From contig JAJRWX010000098.1 of assembly GCA_024276605.1 (NCBI GenBank), forward strand, positions 11,113 through 75,112: a stretch of 64,000 bases of DNA, read 5' to 3'. Numbering within the stretch: position 1 is the stretch's first letter; each line of letters begins with the position of its first letter. A model generated the notes under the pieces. The model was given only the letters and a program-made list of their open reading frames with translations, ran no database searches and was not told the origin of the DNA. Positions 59,621 through 64,000 of this stretch are shown here, piece after piece. The position numbers were made by a program, and so were the translations under genes. Source of the stretch: Planctomycetota bacterium. GTDB lineage: Bacteria > Planctomycetota > Phycisphaerae > UBA1845.

Positions 59621-60304
59621 ATGCGACATCGTATTCACTTTCGAAAACTTAATCGAACCTCTGAGCACCGAAAGGCGATGCTCCGCAACATGGCACAGAG
59701 TCTCATTGAGCATGGGCAAATCACGACGACGTTAGCCAAGGCTAAGACGTTACAACCATACTTTGAACAATTGTTAACCTCTGCCATCAAAGTACGCAAG
59801 ATGTCGGCGGCTTCGGACGAGGCAGGCGCACTGCGCATGAGGCGTAAGGTTCACAAGGTTTTAAGTGACCGGAGTATGATTCCGGCTGAGCATCGGCTCG
59901 ACTATGCTGCCATGTCCGACGCGCAGCGCTCGAAATCGTTACGTATGGTTAGTGGTCGCCGATACCGAACTGGTGAGCCTAAAGGTCGACTAGTATTTAC
60001 GGGTGAATCCATTACACGTCGTTTGATTGAGACCATCGCACCTAAGTATGAATCTCGCCCTGGTGGCTATACCCGCATTATCCGTCTGTCCAAGCACCGT
60101 ATTGGTGATGCCACACAGCTAGCCATCGTGCAGCTTATCGGCGAAGAGGAAGCACCGACGTCTTTGACTAAGCCCGCAAAATCCGCCCGAAGTCGCCGTT
60201 GTGATGCCCGTTATGCCGCCGCCATCACGGCAGCTAAGAGTTGGGGTAAATCAGCCCCCAAAAAGCCGTCGCCGGCTTCTGAAGATGCCGCCGAAGAAGC
60301 TTAA
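59621..60304 (+). CDS. rplQ: 50S ribosomal protein L17 with large internal insertion and C-terminal extension
   Basis: MRHR...RKLNRTSEHR, ITTT.AKAK, RPGGYTRI, R.GD; 227 aa. Confidence 0.95.
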   Translation: MRHRIHFRKLNRTSEHRKAMLRNMAQSLIEHGQITTTLAKAKTLQPYFEQLLTSAIKVRKMSAASDEAGALRMRRKVHKVLSDRSMIPAEHRLDYAAMSDAQRSKSLRMVSGRRYRTGEPKGRLVFTGESITRRLIETIAPKYESRPGGYTRIIRLSKHRIGDATQLAIVQLIGEEEAPTSLTKPAKSARSRRCDARYAAAITAAKSWGKSAPKKPSPASEDAAEEA

Positions 60305-60386
60305 TGGCCTATGAGTATTCCGTTATAGTGGTCACCTGATCGTGTTTCGTGTTTATATCAGTCTTCATTAGATAAACGCAATTCGT

Positions 60387-60812
60387 ATGTCTGCGCAACA
60401 GACCGATTGTATTTTCTGCAAAATTATTCAGCACCAAATCCCCGCTACGATTATTTTCGACGACTCCCACGCTATCGCTTTTCTCGACGTGAATCCACTC
60501 GCTTCGGGGCATATACTCGTGGTTCCTAAAGATCACGTTGAACAGTTGATCGACCTACCCGACATCATAGCTGCCAGCATCGGCAGTGTATTACCCAAGT
60601 TAGGTCGGGCCTTGGTGCAAGTTACCGGCGCAAGTGGTTTTAATGTCCTACAAAACAATGGTGAAGTGGCAGGTCAGGTTGTACCCCATGTTCACTTTCA
60701 TTTAATCCCCCGTAGCACTGACGACAGTTTGGGGTATCGCTGGAATGCCGGTACGTACAATGACGACCAAATGGATCAGTTGTGCGTTGCTTATCAGCAA
60801 GCCCTTTTGTAA
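60387..60812 (+). CDS. HIT family (histidine triad) hydrolase
   Basis: CIFCKI, GHILVVPK, GQVVPHVHFHLIPR. Confidence 0.95.
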   Translation: MSAQQTDCIFCKIIQHQIPATIIFDDSHAIAFLDVNPLASGHILVVPKDHVEQLIDLPDIIAASIGSVLPKLGRALVQVTGASGFNVLQNNGEVAGQVVPHVHFHLIPRSTDDSLGYRWNAGTYNDDQMDQLCVAYQQALL

Positions 60813-60842
60813 CTCGCGCGGGCTGTGAAGCTTGCGTAGGTT

Positions 60843-61265
60843 TCACCCCCCAACAACTTGGACGATGATCCGTCGGTCTCGCTTGCGCGTATCAAAATCA
60901 ATGAGGACGATCTGTTGCCAAGTGCCAAGCTGGAGTTCTGCGTTAATGAGCGGTATGGTAATGCTTGGGCCTAACAGCGAAGCACGGACATGCGAATGAC
61001 CATTATCATCATGCCAGGTTTCTTCGTGAAGATAATCTCCGTTTTCGGGTGCTATACCCTCGAACGCATGTTGCAAATCATGCGTGGCTAAGCCGGGTTC
61101 AAACTCCGTCGTCGTGATGCCCGCAGTTGAGCCTATTACTGAGACGGTAACGATGCCGTTTCGTATCGCACCTGACTGTATGCATGTATTCACCTGCTCG
61201 GTGATGTTGAGCACGTGATTATTCCCGTGTGTATTAATCTCAAACTTGTGTGGTTCGACAGTCAT
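60843..61265 (-). CDS. yjbQ: YjbQ/UPF0047 family protein
   Basis: NITEQV, GSTAGITT.E, Y.H....DNGHSHVRA, LGTWQQI...DFD. Confidence 0.9.
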   Translation of the reverse strand: MTVEPHKFEINTHGNNHVLNITEQVNTCIQSGAIRNGIVTVSVIGSTAGITTTEFEPGLATHDLQHAFEGIAPENGDYLHEETWHDDNGHSHVRASLLGPSITIPLINAELQLGTWQQIVLIDFDTRKRDRRIIVQVVGG

Positions 61266-61429
61266 TGTCTTACAGTGTACCTAATACGAGAGAGTCGCAT
61301 CGATGGGGCAGTCTACCCAAAAGCGCGCGAGTTATTGTTATAGCTCGTTTGTTTATTGTACATCGTATTTTGAGTCAATCTATCGGATATAAAACCATAT
61401 TCATCCGTTTTATAACCTTAGCATTGGCG

Positions 61430-62689
61430 CTATAGGATAAGTGTGATTAGACCAAGGCTGACCGCTCCCAAAGCTACGGTGGCCAACAGACCGGCTTGGA
61501 TGGTTCGACTGCCGACGCTGACAAGGTGACGCAAGCACACTTCGAATCCTATCGCTGCCATAGCTAAGGTAAGCAGCGCTTTACCGATTTCTGATAAAAT
61601 ATGTTGAACAGAAATGTCCAACCCATATTCTTGAGGGATCAGAGAACTACCGGGTTCAAAATGAAGCGAGGGCAACAAACCCAGCGTATTCAGTATAGCC
61701 AGCAGTACAAAACCCCACACGAACCACGGTACGAGTCGCGTATATCGCACCGTGAATGCTTTGTCCGAGGTGTTGGCTGATTGGTGGTGCTTGGCATAAA
61801 TGATAGCCAGTACGAATACCAATGGTGCGAGCATCGTGACGCGCATGAGTTTGACTAGCGTAGCCAGCGTTCCCGCTTCAGAACTAAAAGCAAACCCCGC
61901 AGCGACAACCTGAGGTACGGCGTGAATCGATGTGCCGGACCAGACTCCGAATGCTTGATCGCTGATACCCAGCGCAGTGCCAATCAAGGGCCAAACGAGC
62001 ATGGCTAAGAGTCCAAATAAATTGATCGCACCAATCGAGAGCACGAGGTCGTCTTCCTCGGCTTCGATGAGCGGAGCGACCGCCACGATCGCACTATTTC
62101 CACAGATACCAGTTCCCGTTCCTAGCAATAGGGCAGTCTTCCAATTAAGTTTCAATAATCGACCAATATAAAAGGCCGCCCCCATGGCAAACAGGATACA
62201 AAGCACGGTTACGATAAACACGGGAAATCCGATCGACGCGATGTTATATAAATTGAGTTTGGCCCCGGTGAACACGATGGCGAACGGAATAATTTTTTTA
62301 ATGATATGTTTGCAGCCAACTTTAACCGAATCCGGCAGGGCCAGCACATTGCGAAAGAGCAACCCCACCAGGATGGCGATAATCGTCGCGCTAATGGGAT
62401 GACGCAATCCACCTTCGCTTTCGATGGAGAATGGGGCTAGTGGAAGTCGATGGATTAGATAGCTAAGTACCATGACCGCTGCAGCCAGCACATAGCCTGG
62501 CGCTAGGTGCGACAGGGATGGGGCCGCAGGAACCGCAACAGCGGGCGCTGCGACCACTGGTTCATAGACGCCCTCCATGGAACCCAACGATAAGAAAGCA
62601 TCGGCACTGAGAGATTCGGCAAAGGCTGTACTCGGCACGGCACTGCCACCAGCTGGCGGAACGGAGGCCTCAGGGGCCTGGGATGTCAT
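61430..62689 (-). CDS. YeiH/UPF0324 family membrane protein (putative sulfate/sulfite exporter)
   Basis: GTGICGNSAI.A..P, FG.WSGTSIH.VPQVVAAG, VKLMRV, AMAAIG; about 10-11 TM helices. Confidence 0.9.
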   Translation of the reverse strand: MTSQAPEASVPPAGGSAVPSTAFAESLSADAFLSLGSMEGVYEPVVAAPAVAVPAAPSLSHLAPGYVLAAAVMVLSYLIHRLPLAPFSIESEGGLRHPISATIIAILVGLLFRNVLALPDSVKVGCKHIIKKIIPFAIVFTGAKLNLYNIASIGFPVFIVTVLCILFAMGAAFYIGRLLKLNWKTALLLGTGTGICGNSAIVAVAPLIEAEEDDLVLSIGAINLFGLLAMLVWPLIGTALGISDQAFGVWSGTSIHAVPQVVAAGFAFSSEAGTLATLVKLMRVTMLAPLVFVLAIIYAKHHQSANTSDKAFTVRYTRLVPWFVWGFVLLAILNTLGLLPSLHFEPGSSLIPQEYGLDISVQHILSEIGKALLTLAMAAIGFEVCLRHLVSVGSRTIQAGLLATVALGAVSLGLITLIL

Positions 62690-62691
62690 GG

Positions 62692-63243
62692 TTAGATACC
62701 ACTTCCAAAAGCGTGTTGAAGCACTTCCGGTCGGAACTCACCGATGACTGCGTTGTTGAGTGAATAAGTATCCATCTTAAGAAGGGGTGGTGAGTAAATA
62801 TGTAGTGTGATCAAATCTTGGCCGTCTAGCTGAAGGTTGGATACTTGATGAATGTCAGTATCTTGAGATGCGCTAACCTCACCAACGCCGCGATCGAAAG
62901 ATGATACCGCTTTGACCTGCCCACAAGGTGTTGACTCAAAAATAGTTTCAGTAGCTATGCCCTGCAATACCCGCAAGCCGCAAGTCGACTTTGCATGATT
63001 ATGAATGGGGCTACGCTGACCGCTACGCCAACATAAAATCAGTGCGTGATAGTGCTGCCCCTCGAACATCAGATTACGCAGGTATCGATCATCACTGAAG
63101 CGGACGTATTCTCGTACATCTTCCGGCGATATGTCTAACGCATCTAATGCTGATTGTAGTGATGCGACCGTCGCCCGCGTCGTGAGGCCGTCGAGGTAGC
63201 CCATCAGCGACCGTAAGCTGGAATTGACCATCCGTGTTGTCAT
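62692..63243 (-). CDS. Cysteine dioxygenase type I
   Basis: YLRNL, LCW..GQ.SPIHNH, IHQVSN, TLHIYSPP (3-His cupin). Confidence 0.9.
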   Translation of the reverse strand: MTTRMVNSSLRSLMGYLDGLTTRATVASLQSALDALDISPEDVREYVRFSDDRYLRNLMFEGQHYHALILCWRSGQRSPIHNHAKSTCGLRVLQGIATETIFESTPCGQVKAVSSFDRGVGEVSASQDTDIHQVSNLQLDGQDLITLHIYSPPLLKMDTYSLNNAVIGEFRPEVLQHAFGSGI

Positions 63244-63789
63244 GGTGTCGACCCTTAGCGCACTCCATTACGCCACCATACCGAGCGCTGGTATTTGGTA
63301 ACTATAGTAGTTTTTTATCGACAAGCCTTCTCTTGTCATGACAAGGCTTGCTTCATCAGCATTACGCCGTGGGGATTTTATTTTGTCAAGTCGTACCGGG
63401 AATAGCGTTATTCTAAGGAAGGGCTACATTATTGCGAATAGTGGGTGCATGAATAAAGAAACAAGGAGATGCCTATCGTCCGATAACCTCGATAATTTTC
63501 GGCAGGATGTCTCGCATAACCATATAATATGAAGATAACAAAGTTAAACACGGCATGAATATACCACATTACCGGGTTAACTGATGCTGGCGATTGTCTG
63601 ATGGATGCATTCGGCGCGGTCCAATAAAAGTAAACCGTGGTACCGATAACTCAGATGCAGGCATTCCACGCCGATAGGGAAGATAGGACGATACTAATAG
63701 GTATATGGGTGTATCGAGTAGGTTACTTCTGCGTAGCGTCGTGTCTAGGTCTAAGGGTATGGCGTCACTCACCAGATGGGAGAATACGC

Positions 63790-64000
63790 ATGGCTGGTAA
63801 ACAGCGCATTATGATGATTTCTACGCATGGTTATGTGAGTGCGACGCCACAGCTTGGCATGCCGGATACCGGTGGCCAGGTTGTATATGTGCTCGAGTTG
63901 AGTCGTTGCCTTGGCCGACTTGGTTACCATGTAGATATATTAACTCGCCAGTTCGAAGGACAGCAGGCCCAGGAACGTCTTGATAACCATGTGAGGGTGC
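63790..64000 (+). CDS. GT4 glycosyltransferase, sucrose-phosphate/mannosylfructose-phosphate synthase-like (partial, runs off the right edge)
   Basis: Translated by hand: MAGKQRIMMISTHGYVSATPQLGMPDTGGQVVYVLELSRCLGRLGYHVDILTRQF...; DTGGQVVY motif; GGAG upstream. Confidence 0.85.
   Translation, partial: MAGKQRIMMISTHGYVSATPQLGMPDTGGQVVYVLELSRCLGRLGYHVDILTRQFEGQQAQERLDNHVRV

Overview
Bacterial chromosomal window, most likely from a Planctomycetota (Phycisphaerae-like) genome. That assignment is inferred from the MRIRWRGLELP-type RpoA N-terminus, the non-canonical EF-Tu switch I, the RpoB rifampicin-region pattern and the absence of L30 from spc. Five blocks are visible. (1) 1-9410 (+): operon for a Tat-exported Nap/Nas-family molybdoenzyme with three NapG/F-type ferredoxins, a NapH fusion, a triple-YHS membrane polyferredoxin and a hemerythrin, but no napB/C/D in view. 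(2) 9441-19354 (-): a tightly packed 9-gene operon of orphan GcvH-like protein, CobW-type GTPase, HdrA-N-terminal-like Cys protein, 2x[4Fe-4S] protein, radical SAM, DUF116-polyprenyl synthase fusion, single-barrel prenyltransferase, divergent squalene-hopene-cyclase-like enzyme and cysteine desulfurase. This is the best candidate for an undescribed biosynthetic system. (3) 19890-25619 (-): a 14-repeat FG-GAP secreted protein, a coiled-coil membrane protein and an aldo/keto reductase. (4) 26217-60304 (+): the tRNA-Thr/tuf/secE/nusG/rif/str/S10/spc/alpha supercluster, with bioY inserted between rpsL and rpsG, a divergent EF-G behind a terminator-like hairpin, and several r-protein insertions. 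(5) 60387-64000: HIT, YjbQ, YeiH-type exporter, cysteine dioxygenase and the start of a GT4 sugar-phosphate synthase. No rRNA, CRISPR array or transposase was seen. All family calls come from motif recognition by eye, with no database searches.
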